From Camelus ferus (Eukaryota), in contig NC_045696.1 in assembly GCF_009834535.1 (NCBI RefSeq), positions 120,714,001 through 120,778,000 on the forward strand: 64,000 nt of DNA. The letters are read 5' to 3'. The position numbers and the translations under genes are program-made. Positions within the stretch are counted from its first letter, which is position 1. Each line of letters begins with the position of its first letter. This document shows, one piece after another, positions 12,808 through 26,142 of this stretch. The notes beneath the pieces are model-generated. The model saw nothing but the letters and a program-made list of their open reading frames with translations. It was not told the DNA's origin and made no database searches.

Positions 12808-12965
12808 CCATGGTTTTCAAAGTCAGGTCCCCAGGCCAGAGCATCTGCTTCACCAGGGAAGTTGTTACAGATGCAAAATCTCATCCTCACCCCAGACCTA
12901 CTGTAGCAGAAACTCTGGGGCTGGGGCCAGCCATCTGGGCTTTTCTGATGCACATTCAAGTGTCT
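12808..12965. mobile_element. MER5A (hAT-Charlie)
   Basis: ggttttcaaagtcaggtcccca...ccccagacctactgtagcagaaactctgggg. Confidence 0.7.
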
Positions 12966-13034
12966 CCTCACCTATGCAGAAAATAACTTTTTGTATGTGT
13001 GGAAGACAAGTGTCCCATGGGTACAGAGTTATTG

Positions 13035-13181
13035 AAGTTTTTTAAATAATTTTTTTTTGTTTTTGAGGAGGTAGGAAATTAGATCAATCAATCAATTAAC
13101 TAATTTAATGGAAGTACTGGGGATTGAACCCTAAACATCGTGGATGCTAAGCACCCAGCTTAGCTATATCCTACCCACCCC
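13035..13181 (-). mobile_element. Vic-1-type SINE
   Basis: gtactggggattgaaccc and agctatatcc motifs; exact 12-bp TSD ACAGAGTTATTG at 13023-13034 and 13182-13193. Confidence 0.85.
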
Positions 13182-14909
13182 ACAGAGTTATTGTTAAATT
13201 TGAGAAATCAATACTTGAAACCAGAAAGCAGAAAGCTTAAAAGTTGTATAGGTCGCAGAGCAATTCGAAATACCAGCAATATTGAATTTGGATTATAATA
13301 GGAACTTGGGAGGTTCTGAATGTGGGTTTTGGGAAAACAAAAATGCATCATATGCTAATACGAGATAATTACCCCCTACATGGTACGGGCACCAAGAAAA
13401 TGTTGTCATGTGAACAAGTGTTTTAATCGGGCAAGAAGGCAGAATATTGGTACTGCATGAACTTGTCCTGATGAGCAGTGGTGAAGGCCTCGCTTCTCCC
13501 TCTCCTGATTTCATTTACAACTGTCCTTGGAGGCAGGAGACTGGACCAATATCCACAGACCTAGAGGGATGAGAGTGACTTCTGAGTGGAATTCATAATG
13601 AAAAACGGTTTCTGTTTTCTGGGCTAGCTGCTCCTCCATCATTCAAACTGCCTGCCCTTCATTTTATATCCGGGCTGGATTCATTCCCAGAGGATGGAAC
13701 CATTTTCCTGATGGAAACTCTTAGCACTGAGTGGAAGGAAAAGAGAGATGGGTTTGAATGGGGTTTGGGGCCTTTTTGATGCAGTTTGGAAACCCTGCCA
13801 ATGAAAGGTATCCTGGAGGGACATTTTCTGTTTTTTCCTGTTCCTCATCCTAAATTGAACACTTGGATCCCATTCTTTCCTCTTTCCCTTCCGCTTTAAT
13901 GAATATACATTGGTGTGCATTAATGAAACACCGACTGTGTGCAGTGCATAGTGCTAGATGGCTTCACAAACCCTCCTTTCCCCCCACCTCCTCCAGCATT
14001 TGAAAAGGAGTGAACTGGAAAATAGCTCTCTCTTCACCTGCTTGGCGCTGTTTTTTCTGGCTTTAATTTTACCTCTTTATGTTGCTCTTCAAGTGAAGAC
14101 ATTGAGATTCCTCATATTTCAAGCTATTTGTGAAAAAGCAGGTAATTCTTAGAAATTAAAGAGAACACACGAACATCCTCTCCCCGTGGGATTGCAGCCT
14201 CCACTAGGGATGTTCCTGGGTTTGTGGTTTCTGCTGGTTATCTTTCTATCGAATAGAGGACGAGGGGTGGGAGTGAGCTGTACAGGTAACAGGCCATCGT
14301 CTGCTCTTTATTGTGCTGCTTTGCAGGGGGAAGAAACACTGGGCTCTTCTGGTCTTTGCAGACAAACACTGCAGCCTCCAGGACTCTGGGCACTGCCTTT
14401 CGCCAAGGCGGCTGGGTCCTGGGGGCAATCCAGCGGCCCTCCTCCAGGCTGAGGTGCGGAGATGGCCACACTGTGAACACACAGGGATGGCCACTCTCAC
14501 CCACACCATGTTTATGTTAAATATTAAGAGAAATGGACCTCTGTCAGACAGAAACCGAGATTACAGTAGTTTCCAAAGTCTGGGAAGCAGAAAACCTGTA
14601 TCAACGAATACAGACTCTTCCAGATCACCAGAATCATTTCCTAAAGGAAACTTGAAGAGGCAAATAATGAGCATTAGCCTTATTTTTAAGGAATCCGGGG
14701 TAGGAAGTTGTGCGGTCTTTCATGAAGGTGCATGGGCTCTAACCTAATCATCCTGGTCTCTAAATTCCAGTCAGTCTGCATTTGTGTTTCTCTTTAACAA
14801 GGCAACTCCTTTCCTTCTTCAGGTTAACCCTTAGAGGCGTCCTCAGAAACGCACTTCTGCATGTGGGCTAAAGGGCTGTGCTTTAAATGGATTGGGAACC
14901 GAGACTCTG

Positions 14910-15050
14910 GAGATGATGGGGTCAGCCTGTTTGGTTGGAATGCCTTCTCTGCGTTGTGGCTGCGTGACCTTGGCAGGTTGTTTGTCCTCTCTGAGCCCCA
15001 ATTTCCCCAAAGGGTACTGTAGGATTACATGAGATACATTATCTCATGTG
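14910..15050 (+). mobile_element. MIR SINE
   Basis: gctgcgtgaccttggcaggttgtttgtcctctctgagccccaatttcccc core. Confidence 0.6.
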
Positions 15051-16799
15051 CCCAATAATTATTAGACACAACTTATATTTGGTATCACTTGAACTCCTAA
15101 GGGAATTTTAGTTGCATGTGTTTCACCAGTTTCTCTCTTGATGCTCAGTCTGGTCAGGATAGATTTTTTTTGGTTTGTTTTTTTCTTTCCCTCCCCATCT
15201 CTTTTCATCACTCTCCTCAACCCTGGACAAGGTGGTCATGAAACAACCATTTGAAATGAAGTCTGCTTTGTGTTGGTCCCTTTCGGAAGAGGCTTTGATC
15301 GCCAGCCGTTCCGTGGGTGTTTGGCAGGCTGCTGGCTCTGCACACAGTAAGAGGCATCTCTGAAGTTTTAGCTATTTTTAAAAAGAGAAGTAAAAGGGCA
15401 GCTTGTGGATTCCTCGAGGGTGTGTATAAATGGCACCTTTGCCTATTCCCAGTGCCCTGAGGGCCCCTCCTTCCAGGGCCAGGGCATCCAGGTGGCCCAG
15501 CTCCTAAGTCACAACACATCCGCTTAGAGTCCTGTGGTTCACAAGCATGCTGCTTCTCTGGGACCCTTGTTAGAGCTGGTTGCCTCCAGCCTATAGAGGA
15601 AGGCTGGCAGAGCCTCTGGAAGCACCAAGCCGTACCCCTGCAGAGGGGACAGGAGGACAGGGCCTCCCCCGGGGAGCCCGCCCCGCAGCACTATGCAGAG
15701 GACTTCCTAGAATGGCCAGCCTGGCCCTGGTGAGACTGGAAGATCACCTTGCAAGTGGGCTGATGCCAGCCAGACAGATGGCCTGGGCTGCTCACAGCAC
15801 AGCCCACATTAGGCCGCTCAAGTATGTTCCCGGAAGGCAACTGGCCCAGCCGCGAGGGCCAGAGAGGACTGTTGAAGGGGCGGTTCAGGCTGCAACATGG
15901 GTTCCCTGACCTCTGCTTGCTACCTGCACCCCAGCCTGCAGTGCCCTCTCTGAAGGGGGAAAAGAGCAGCTCTCTTTCCACTTGAAAGCAAATTTCTGGG
16001 CCTCGTGATTTTTGGGTGATGTACAGCCTGGCCTCTACATGACAGCCCCTCACAGACTCAGCCAATGTTTCATCAAATGAACCAGCTACTGCAAAGTTTA
16101 AAAAGGTAATAAAACAACAAAGCCTACTTGGGGACTTTGCTCAGAAACCCTGTGACTTCCATAGAGTATTAAGAAAATATTGAACTTCCAAATTTTATGA
16201 TTTCATGTCCCCTAAGACCAGAGACCTCTTATCTGGTTCTCCTTTTTAAGCATGAACCCCCCCCCCCTTTTTTTTTTATAATAGTTAGAAAGTAAATGTG
16301 CAACATTTTTTCTTCCTTAGACTCAGAACAAAGCCTGGGGAAATTTAATGTTCTGGGTTCAGCCTGTGGTTTTGCGATAAGGATTCTAAGAGAGAAGCCT
16401 TTTAACTCAGAACAGAATCTGTTTGAAGCTATTGTTCAGTTAAGAAAAAGGATCTGGTTCCCGGGCATGTTGCATAATGCATGACCGTGTAAACCAGACG
16501 TTTTCAGTGCTGACACTGAACCCTTTAATGACAACGAAGAGTTGAAGTAATTTGTTGATTTTTTTTTTTTAAAGAAATCTCCTAAAACAATGCTTCTCAA
16601 GACTGAATGATTCAACACTTTAGAGCTGAGATGCGGCTGAGGCTTGTCTGCATGTGCTTGTGCTGATAAGAATTCTGGAAGTATACAGGAAAAAAAAAAC
16701 ACATGTCATGTCCTCTTTAAGAGCTAGAAAAGCTGTCGGAAGAATTAAGATTAAACCTCCCGAGAGTCTGTGGGTGTGGAAAGTCACAGCTAGCTAATA

Positions 16800-17147
16800 T
16801 TAACACAGCCTGCAACAGAACGCCGTTGCTAGAAATAGGACAGTCGCATCACTATCCACTGAGCAATTTGCACTGGGCGGACCAGCCCCTCCACTCCTCG
16901 GCTCCCGCTGCCCTCTGGGCGTTGGTTGCGTTTCTGGCCGCTTTTAGACAGTGTTGGACCTTGGCTGCCTGGCTTCACTGAGAACTCTACCCCAAAGAGG
17001 AAGCTGTGAGGGGAATATCTGCTTTGTTTGCAGGACAGTGGTCAAGCTACAAGCAAATCCTTAGGCATCAGAGGAACTGTGAAGTGTCTAGACTTCATGC
17101 GGTGCTGACAGGGAGGGGCGAGTCAGCGTCTCCGTGCCTTCCTCACC
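16800..17147 (+). promoter_or_regulatory. ATP2C1: Distal alternative promoter and 5'UTR of ATP2C1 (TSS not located)
   Basis: Repeat-free, mildly CpG-enriched block directly 5' of the alternative coding exon; GC box GGGCGG 16875-16880; TGAGCAAT 16860-16867; AAAGAGGAAG 16994-17003; AGAGGAACT 17070-17078. Confidence 0.6.
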
Positions 17148-17255
17148 ATGGATAATCTGTTGCCTCAGTCGAGATTCTCTTTTTTCAAAAAATATCCTCT
17201 CCATGCAATTAGAAAATATTTATCGATGCTGAGAAACCAAAGAGCCGAAGAACAG
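17148..17255 (+). CDS. ATP2C1: ATP2C1 alternative first coding exon (N-terminally extended SPCA1 isoform)
   Basis: Strong Kozak ctcaccATGG; 36 codons MDNLLPQSRFSFFKKYPLHAIRKYLSMLRNQRAEEQ ending in a phase-0 donor CAG|GTATCA. Matches the human alternative N-terminus as I recall it (MDSLLPPSRFSYFKKYPLHAIRRYLSTLRNQRAEEQ). Too short for the supplied ORF track. Confidence 0.9.
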
Positions 17256-20200
17256 GTATCATTTTGCTTACATTGTTGTTGGGGCTGATGGGTGTTTGCT
17301 TAGGGTGTTGCTCTTACAGCACTTGGTGACTCAGTTTCTGCCGGTTTACCTGTCTCTAGGCGCGAGTCAGCACCTGCATTCAGCTGCTCAGACTTGGCAG
17401 AGGAGCAAGGCGTGTGGGGGTTTGTTTGAACTTGGAACATTTAGATCCTGTGATTAAGCTCAAGTGCTGTAATAAAACCTCTTGCTTTTCTTCTGAACAG
17501 CTACACTAGACTACTCAGAGTCAGAGGCTGGACTCCTTGATAATTTCCCAGGGCCTCAAATACAACATTTTAAAACTATTAATATCTCGACAAAGAGTAT
17601 CAGGCCCTAGAAATACACCTGTCTTTCTGTGTATTTTTATGGCTATGTTGGCATCACAAGGATTTGAAAAACAAAAAACACTTTGTAGGCTGTAAGTATG
17701 GCAGCCTTAAACAGATCACTATGAATCATGAATGTGAAATGTGAAAATCATTCAGAAGTGATTAGTCACTTTTTTGGTGGAGGGTTGTTTTCAGTCTTTT
17801 TAGCCAATCAAAAGTTAGGGTTTCTATTAGTAGACTCTAGCATGTGGGAATATAAACATTAAAAAAAAAACTGTTAAAATATCTGATCATTTCTTTTTAA
17901 AAATCATGCATTCATTTTATTGTTTAGAGGTTTACATCGTTCTATCTATCCATTACAATCTATGAAAAAGGCATTTCTAAAAACTGCTTTTCTGAATTGA
18001 ACCAAATGGTAAGAAGAAATTGCTGTATTGGATCCGTTTAAATCTGGTGGCTCATTTAGGAAAAAGCACGGCGGTGGTAAGATAAAGTGTATCCATGCTG
18101 AAGACCCAAAGAGTCATAAATTGCATGCACATCATGCTTGTAACTAGGACCGCAAAACTGCAGGGGAGATGGTACCCATGCCCTGGATTTGCATGAGATG
18201 CCCTACTTAATAAAACACTGCCAAGACGCAAAAGCAAGGGTCAGCAGACAGAAAATCCTCTAATGACAGGTTTCCCAAAAAGTCAATGCATGATTTGAAA
18301 AATGAAAACTGTTACTCCTATTTGAGGGGACACCGCGCTTATGTCGTGCTGTAATGGCTTTACAAGCACTGGAAATTCAGGCTGTGCTCAGTGAGGGGGC
18401 TGGGCTGTTCCAGTTTATCTCTGACTCAGGCAAGTGGTCTCGATCACAAGATCTCTTGGTTTCCAAGTGTCAGCAGGTGCTCGCTTTTGAAGTGGAAAGC
18501 TGGAGACCCAGGTGCTGGTGCTCTGAGCCGTCGGCCACGCTGGCTGAGTCCACATCCACAGGCCTCTTCAGGCCTCCTGATAGGGGGAGGAGGGGCAGCA
18601 ACGGGGAGGGAGAGGTGGCTGAAGGGATGGGCTGGAACCATGGAATGCAGATTAAGTGATTGCCCCCCCTTCTCAGTATTATAAATTTTCGCAGAGGTGG
18701 CTATAGTGCTGGTACAGTTAATTTTTTTGTTAATTTTTTAAATATTATGAAATGCAATCAGAAGACTATTAGAATTTAACATGGGTCCTCTGACTTGGAC
18801 TGAGTGGGTGGTCCCCTCCCCAGTTTACAGCCATCTGGGATGACCTGGGAGCAGCTCTGAGTTGTGCTGATTTCTTAGCTTGCCATGTAAATTAATGGAG
18901 AAATTAAGAAAAGTAATATATGCAGATCCTTTCTGAGACCAGTTAATAGCTCTGCAGACATCACGTCTCCCGGAATTAGAGAAATGAGGTCAGAGCCAAT
19001 CACAGCTAACCTTGGGAAGTTTGCTGGAAAGTTAGAAAGGAGGGTAGTAATGTCTAGAATGTTAGGGCCTGGATATTGGGTGTCTCCAACCCTTAGTCCC
19101 TGGGGGCTGGTCTTCGTTACGACGATGAGGGAAGTGAGACTCCGAGGAGCTAAGAGGCCTTGGCCAAGGCCATGCAGCCAGAAAGTACTGAGGGAAGATT
19201 AGAGACTGTCTGCCTGGCTTTAAACTTGACCCGTCTGACCATGCTTGATCTACAACAATCTAGTGCCAGCCAGCAGCACAGCAAACGGCTGTTCTGGAGA
19301 GTATTTTCAACACGTCAGATACTCACATACCACAGGTACCCCTCCCACCACGAGTATTTACCACCTGCATGATGGACTTAATAGATTTCTATACTTGCAT
19401 TTAGATCACTCACTTTCTACACTTACATTTGCTTAGAAAGAACCTTTTATATTACTGCTATACATGGAAAACCACTGTCATCTGCCACAAACAGAAGCAT
19501 ATAATAATAAAAGCAAAATAATATTAAATTCTAGCTAAATACTATTAGATGTGAAATCTCTGAGCCTGAAGCCTGCTCTATTGTTAAGAAGGAAACTTGG
19601 CTTTTAGGAGATTAGTATCCTAGTGGCCAACTGAGAAATTCTCCTGGGCAAGAATGGAAGGGAATTAAAAGATAGACAATTTTTTCAAGTCCACACAATT
19701 CACTGTGATCTACTACAGTGTCCACATGCCGTGTAAAATGGCACCATTGGGTACCACCACGGTTGCATTCACACTCTTGGAGAATATTATTCCAGGCACA
19801 CCATCTGCTTCTCCACCTCTGTGCATTCAAATACGCTCCTCCTTCCAGCCTAGAATTCTGTCTTTCACTTATAATTCGCCCACCTGGAGATTATGGATAC
19901 ATTCTTCCAAGACAGGTTAAATGGGCTCAGTAAGGGAGAAAAAAAGAGAGAAAAACAAGTTTCTCCAGTTCTGCTGGGAAGAGTGAAGTATTGCCCCTTG
20001 TTTACCAGAATATTCTGTCTGCCTCTAATAGAGCCACTTACTGATGATGTGTGGTAAGCCACGTGTCTACATGCATGCCCCCACACTTGATACCAGGGTG
20101 CGTCTTTTTCTCTCTCCCCTCGTGCCCACCCTGGAGCCTGGCACAGGCTGGTGTAGGAGTGACCCGAACCACAGGCACACTGCCTCCTTTCTCATCTCCG

Positions 20201-21149
20201 CCATCTCCTGACGGGCCTGGAGGGTCCCCTTGTGTCCTGGTCTTGGTCATGTTACACTCACCTTGTTCACAGGTGCTTTGTGGTTTAAAGCTTCTCCTTA
20301 GTGTCCCTCCCCTTGCACTTGGTGTCATATAGACATCAAGGTTTGGCCTGAGGGTTGCTTTGTTTGGTAGTTCTTGTTGTTTCTTTTATTATGATGTGCC
20401 ATCAATAGGTGAATAGGTTATTTATCATTTTGAGAACAAATATCTCATCCTTTGCACTCCTAGACTCCACTAGAGCAGGCATTTCACAAAGCCAAGTCCC
20501 CAGCTGGGTGGAAGATTAAGGTCATCCATCATGCTGAGGGTTGGGAAAATTTGATGATGAAAAATTTCCAAACAGTACTATTCAAATGGTGCTCTAATGG
20601 TGGTGGTTGGGGGGACCTAGCCTGAGCCCCAGTGGGTTCTCAGATGAGCTCTGGCGGGTTTACCGAACACACGCACAAGGGTATATGATTGCAGATACCT
20701 TCTTTTGGCCCAGTGGGAACAGCCAGGCTCTGGCTCGGATGTCGACGTCTGAGCTTGAGGGGAATGTAGGGACTTGCGGGCCATACTGTCTTGCATACTG
20801 CTGTCCTGACAGTCTGCTCTGCGTCTTGGGTGACCAGGTGGGACTCTGAGTTGGGGAGGGAGAGGTTGCTCCACTTCTGGGCAGATGGTAGCCTGGCTTC
20901 AGCCCAGGGAGCCCTGTGAAGGATGGAGTGTCCTGTGAACCCCCAGGGAAGGCTGCTCACGGGGGTCAGCAGCAGCATTACTCATGGGCACCAGTGCCGG
21001 ACGATGAGAGAAGACCGTGAGTTCACGTGGGATAGTCTCTTCTCCCCGAGTGAGCTCCTCCATTCCCATGGCTTCAGACACCCACTATTTGCTGACATCT
21101 ACCGTGTGTTTACCCTGGTGCATGTCAGCCTTGTGTATCCAATTGTCTA

Positions 21150-21620
21150 TTTGACAACTCATCTGAATGTTGAGGATGCTGCAGCCTGAACGTGTCAAAG
21201 TCACAAGCCCTCACTCCAAACCCGCTCCTCCCCATGTCCATCAGTCAACACAGAAGCTCACGCCAGATACTTGGGGAGTCACCCCTACACCCCTTTCTCT
21301 CCCACATCTCCCCTTCATCTTTAAACCAGCCTAGACAATTCTACTTCTGGAATAGTTCCTGAATCCTCCACCCTCCCTGCCCAACCCTGCTACACCATTT
21401 CTGCTTGGACCTTAGCAACAGCATTTGACTGTGTATCCCCGAGTTCACTCTTGTTACCTTACAATCTAAGTTCCTGAATATTCTTCTTTAAACAGAAATC
21501 TTATTTCACCCCAAAACAGGGAACATGATGGATTTTGTTTGCTATTTTAGCCCCCATGGCAAACATAAATAAGGCACATAGTAGGTGATGAGTTTGTATA
21601 ACCAAGTGAGTGAACATGGA
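21150..21620 (+). mobile_element. L2 LINE fragment
   Basis: Decayed L2 3' region ending ggcacatagtaggtgatgag...gtgagtgaa. Confidence 0.5.
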
Positions 21621-23625
21621 TGTTGGGGAATTTGGGGACTGAGACCCTGTTATGCAGGTGAGGCCAAGAAATGGTGAAAATAGGGTTGTTATAGTCAGTA
21701 AGCAGAGGCTGGTGAGATCGAGGGGAAACTGTGTAGAGTAATTTATTTTACGGATGTGGAACTAGGGTCAGAGGTTAAGAGATTTGCCCAAGGTCACAGG
21801 TCCATTTGTTTCAGTGCCAGCATCGGAATTTGGCCTAGAGGACTCCCAGTGCACCTGACTTCCCAGGTGCGCTGAGTCTAGCAGGGGTGTAGAAAAGGGC
21901 AATGTGACTACCAGGCAAAGAGAAAAGAACTCTACCGGCTACGTCCAGAGGGTAGCTGATGCCTGAGGGTCAACTTGCCAATAACAAGCAACCACCGGAA
22001 GAGAGCCTGGGACAGAGGAGGGCCTGCTGTTTTTGAGCCCTTGTCCTTCAGCTTCTACTGCTCTGCAGTGATCTCATAGACTGGAATCTCTTCTTCCATG
22101 TGCTCTGTGTCTGGGTGACCAAGTGGGACACCGAGTGTCCCACAGACGAGGGGTTGGAAAGTACAGAAGACTAATTAATAGACAGGAACTCGGGATGATG
22201 GGGAACTTTGCTCCCTCAAGTAGAAAGACTTCTTTCTGAACAAGAAATAACATGTAAGAGCTGACCTGACATGTCTTACCTATTTAATGGTAACTCTGCT
22301 TAAAACGAGGAGGGCCAGGGGGCTTGTACAATAGCTATGTATAAATATATGTTTTTGGAATTAGACCCTTGAACTGGTATAATACCATCTTCCAACAAAA
22401 TAAATCCACATAATTTGTCTACTATCTCTCTGTATTCTTGCCTGTAAATGCAATCATGTTACCACTGATGTCCTTACGTAAACAGGGACACAAATGTTGA
22501 CCTGGCCAGGACTGAATGCAGCAACAATAGAGCTCTGCTTTGTCATCTTGTTTTGTGAAATTCCTTAACTCCTCCGATGATTAAGCAAGTTTTTTCACAT
22601 ATCCTGCATGTGGAGCATTTTTATAGGTGATGAGGATGTCAAAATGAATTAGGTGTAGTGATGCTTACAGTCTCAATTAGAAGAAAGAGCTGTGCTCAAG
22701 TATTTATGATGCACTTGCCGTCACGGCAGGTACATCTGGCTCAAGACCTGTCCTGGTCGGTTTAAAATGATGAGAGTGGTCCTGGGGGCCGGGTGTATGT
22801 ACAGCACCTACATTTTAATTAAAGATTGGAACCCAGTTTTGTTCTGGAGGCTATTCTAAGGTTTCTCTCCAATGACTTAAGAAAAGTTTTCTAGTTCAAA
22901 CAGGATCACTGAAGTTTCATTTCTTGCTTTGCTTCCTAATGAATGCTAACGTTAAAGCTGGATTGTTAAATTAAGCATTTGGGTTTAATTTAAACCTTAG
23001 AAACTTAGTTGTTCATTCTGGCACTTATACCTGCTCTGAATAACAATATAAAAATTAAAGACTCCCCTTCACGCCCCAGGAAGACTTTGCTGAGCTCTGG
23101 AACATGACGTAGGCTTGTGGGTTACTGATGCAGGTTTCCTCTCTAGGTAAAATGATAGAAATTTCACTACCGTTCGGTTTAAGAAATGTTAAGATTTTTA
23201 ACTCCTTACAGTGAGTTGCTTATATCCTGAGAGTATAACAAATTTAGCCATTTTTAAAAGCTTCTAAAAAAAAAGTCATGAAATGCTATTGATAGTTTAC
23301 ACGACGTCACTCAGGGGAAAACTAAAGGCATCTGCCCCATGTCCTTGTGCCCGGGTAGAGAGAAAGCTTTAATTCTTCAGAAGCAGGAGGAAAAGAAGAT
23401 CTCTGCAGAATTTAAGACAGAGGGCAGAGATTCTGCCCCATGCCTATGGAGGAATTTGTGCAATTATACACAGATAACAATGACAAATTGCTGTGATAAT
23501 ATAAAGATGAACCTTAATATTTGTGACTATTAAATATAACATTAATATGACAGTCTCCTCTATCTGAAGGGAGGGAAAAAAAGAGCTATTTATTGACCAA
23601 AAAAAGCCTCCAATTGTTCTCCTCA

Positions 23626-23981
23626 TGCCATAGTCTGTTCGGGCTGCTATAACAAAATTTGATGGACTGGATAGCTAATAAAAAGCAGAAATTTATTTAT
23701 TACAGTTCTGGGGCTGAAAGCCGATGATCAAGGGGCCGGCAGACTTGCTGTCTGCTGAGAGCCCATTCCTGGTGTCAGACGCTGACCTCTGGGCTGTGTC
23801 CTCACGTGGCAGAAGGGGAGGAGGGACCCCTTGGCTTCTCCTTTATAAGGTCACTAATGTCACTCATGAGGGCCCTGTTCTCACGACCTTGTTACCTACC
23901 AAAGGCCCCTTCTAACACCATCACACTGTGGGTCAGGATTTCAGCCCAAGTATTTGAGGGACACAAATACTGTCTGCAGCA
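23626..23981 (-). mobile_element. MLT1A-like MaLR solo LTR
   Basis: tagtctgttcgggctgctataacaaaa...aaatttatttattacagttctgggg...aacaccatcacactgtgggtcaggatttca. Confidence 0.8.
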
Positions 23982-24659
23982 CTGCGTGACCTGTAAATGC
24001 CTGAGAACTGAGACCAAGCACCTGCGTGAGGGTGAATAGCCCTCCAGCCATCAGTACCCACCCCATGTCCTTCCCCCATGTCCTTCCCTCTCCCCAAATG
24101 GTCTTCCCTATCAGAGAGGATGCACCATCCTGCTCTGGGATCTGGCTGTTTCCGTGTCTGGTATTTGTTTGTTTCTTGTGTGTTTCACAAGACCCCCCCC
24201 CCCCCGGGCTAATTCATAGAGGAAAATGGAGGTGCATTTGGGAGGTTCCAGAGGAAATGACCATAACGAATGGGCAGAATTGCTGGGAGAGGTGACACAG
24301 TGATAAGGACACACTACCTTAAAGGAGAGGTACAGGAATGGGCCACCTTTTGCATAGGGCAGGGTATGTGACCTCTCCTCGGGAGATGTTGAAGGGACAG
24401 GTTCTGCATCCTGGAAGAGAAGACTGAATGACCAACCGGTCAGGCCCCCTCCAGCCCTGAGATTCTGGTGCAGCAGCTCTAGAGCAAGAGAAAGATGGAC
24501 AACTCAGGCACCTTAGGAACAACCCAGGCCCAGGTGCCTCCGTTACAGCACAGCTATTTTACTTGGTTAGTGGTAAGCATGCCACAGTCTGGTCATGCCG
24601 CTCTGGAATCTGAGGCCAAAGAAGACAGAATCTGATGTCTTGGGATAGGGGAGGGCAGA

Positions 24660-24827
24660 GGGGAGAGGGCATAGCTCAGGGGTAGAGCGCATGCTCATTG
24701 TGCACAAGGTCCTGGGGTCAAGTCCCCAGTACCTCCATTAACAAGTAAACAGATAAATAAATAAGCCTAATTACCCCCAAAACAACAACAACAAAAGCTG
24801 AAAAAAGAAGAAGAAAAAGAAAAAAAA
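24660..24827 (+). mobile_element. Vic-1-type SINE
   Basis: GGGCATAGCTCAGGGGTAGAGCGCATGC...GGTCCTGGGGTCAAGTCCCCAGTACCTCCA plus A-rich tail. Confidence 0.85.
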
Positions 24828-25749
24828 GTCTTTGGAGATTGAGGTAGCATGTCACCCTCCATCAAGGAAAGGAAACAGCTATATCCAGACAACACCTCAG
24901 GGGAAAAGCTTTCACATCAATGACTAGCTTTGCTGAGCCTGATCCACCACTGAACTCCTGGCGCCCACAGTTTACAGGCTTTATAACCCCCTCCAGTATA
25001 AGGATAAAAAACTAAGTATACCTGTGCAGTCACTGATGAACAGGAACACTGAGAAACTTCAGGTGGTTTTGTGGCATTTTAACCACTTTTTTCCCCTCAA
25101 CCTCAAGCCTCTTTTACCTTCAACTCATTTTTTCCTGCATTTAATGCTGACAATGTCGTTGCTCATTACCGTCCCTTCTGAAGGTGCTCCACCCTTGTCC
25201 ACATTATTATCACAGCCAGGAAGTGTTAGACATACCTGGAGACACCTGCACCCTGAGTTGACTTTTGAGCTACTTCTAATCTTGTTATCTGCTTCTAAAC
25301 TCTCCTAATCTACTGTGCTCAGAGGCCTTGGAAACACAGCAGTCAGGAAATGGATGGACACCAAATCCTTTGTCTTTGGAATAATCACATTAACTCAAAT
25401 GTAAAACCCTTTTTCTGTGAAACACAGTGTAGTTTTTTATGCAGATTCCTAAATCTGCTATCCTATTCCACTTCTTAGACGGTTTGTGTGCACCATTTTA
25501 TTTGCTAACTTTTGTTCAGAATGGAAGATGATGTATTTTCTCACCTTGTACAAATAGTTCCATGCCTTAACAGAGAAAGAAATGAGCTTCCCACATATGT
25601 TGTACTGCTCAGAATTTGCTCTGAAGAGAGCAGGAAAAATGATGGAATTCTTTCTTTCCTGCTCATCCTAAAAACAGCATATTAGTAAGTTTTTTTTTTT
25701 TTCAAGAAATACAACTTGGATTATGCATTCAAGAATTGGGAATTTTAAA

Positions 25750-25958
25750 TTTTCATTAAGTGCCTTATATGTGCCAGGCGCTTGGCAACGTCCTTTACAT
25801 GCATTGTCATTTAATCTAATAATAATAACCTTACAAAATTCGTGGTATCACCCTTATTTTATAGATGAGAAGACTGAAGTTTAAAGAGGTGAGATAACTT
25901 GGGCAAAGCTTGTAAGTGATGGCAGTAAGACTTTACCCCAGGTTTGCCTGTCTGACTC
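25750..25958 (-). mobile_element. MIR SINE
   Basis: cccttattttatagatgagaagactgaagtttaaagaggtgagataacttgggcaaag. Confidence 0.65.
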
Positions 25959-26142
25959 CTCAGCCTGATTCACTGCCTCCTACTGAGTTACCTCCCCATT
26001 TGGGGTCCGTTTCTCCACTTCTTCCCCTTGCATCTTCCTTTCTTTTCTTCCTTTTACCCTTGGCATTTTATTTACTTAGGACAAGGGGGTTAAAAATAAA
26101 ACCACCATAACTAATTGTGCAGGGAAGACACCTTAAATCCTT

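Noticed and set aside
18477-18486. GTGCTCGCTT, the start of U6 snRNA
   Set aside because: Only 10 nt match and the similarity does not continue.
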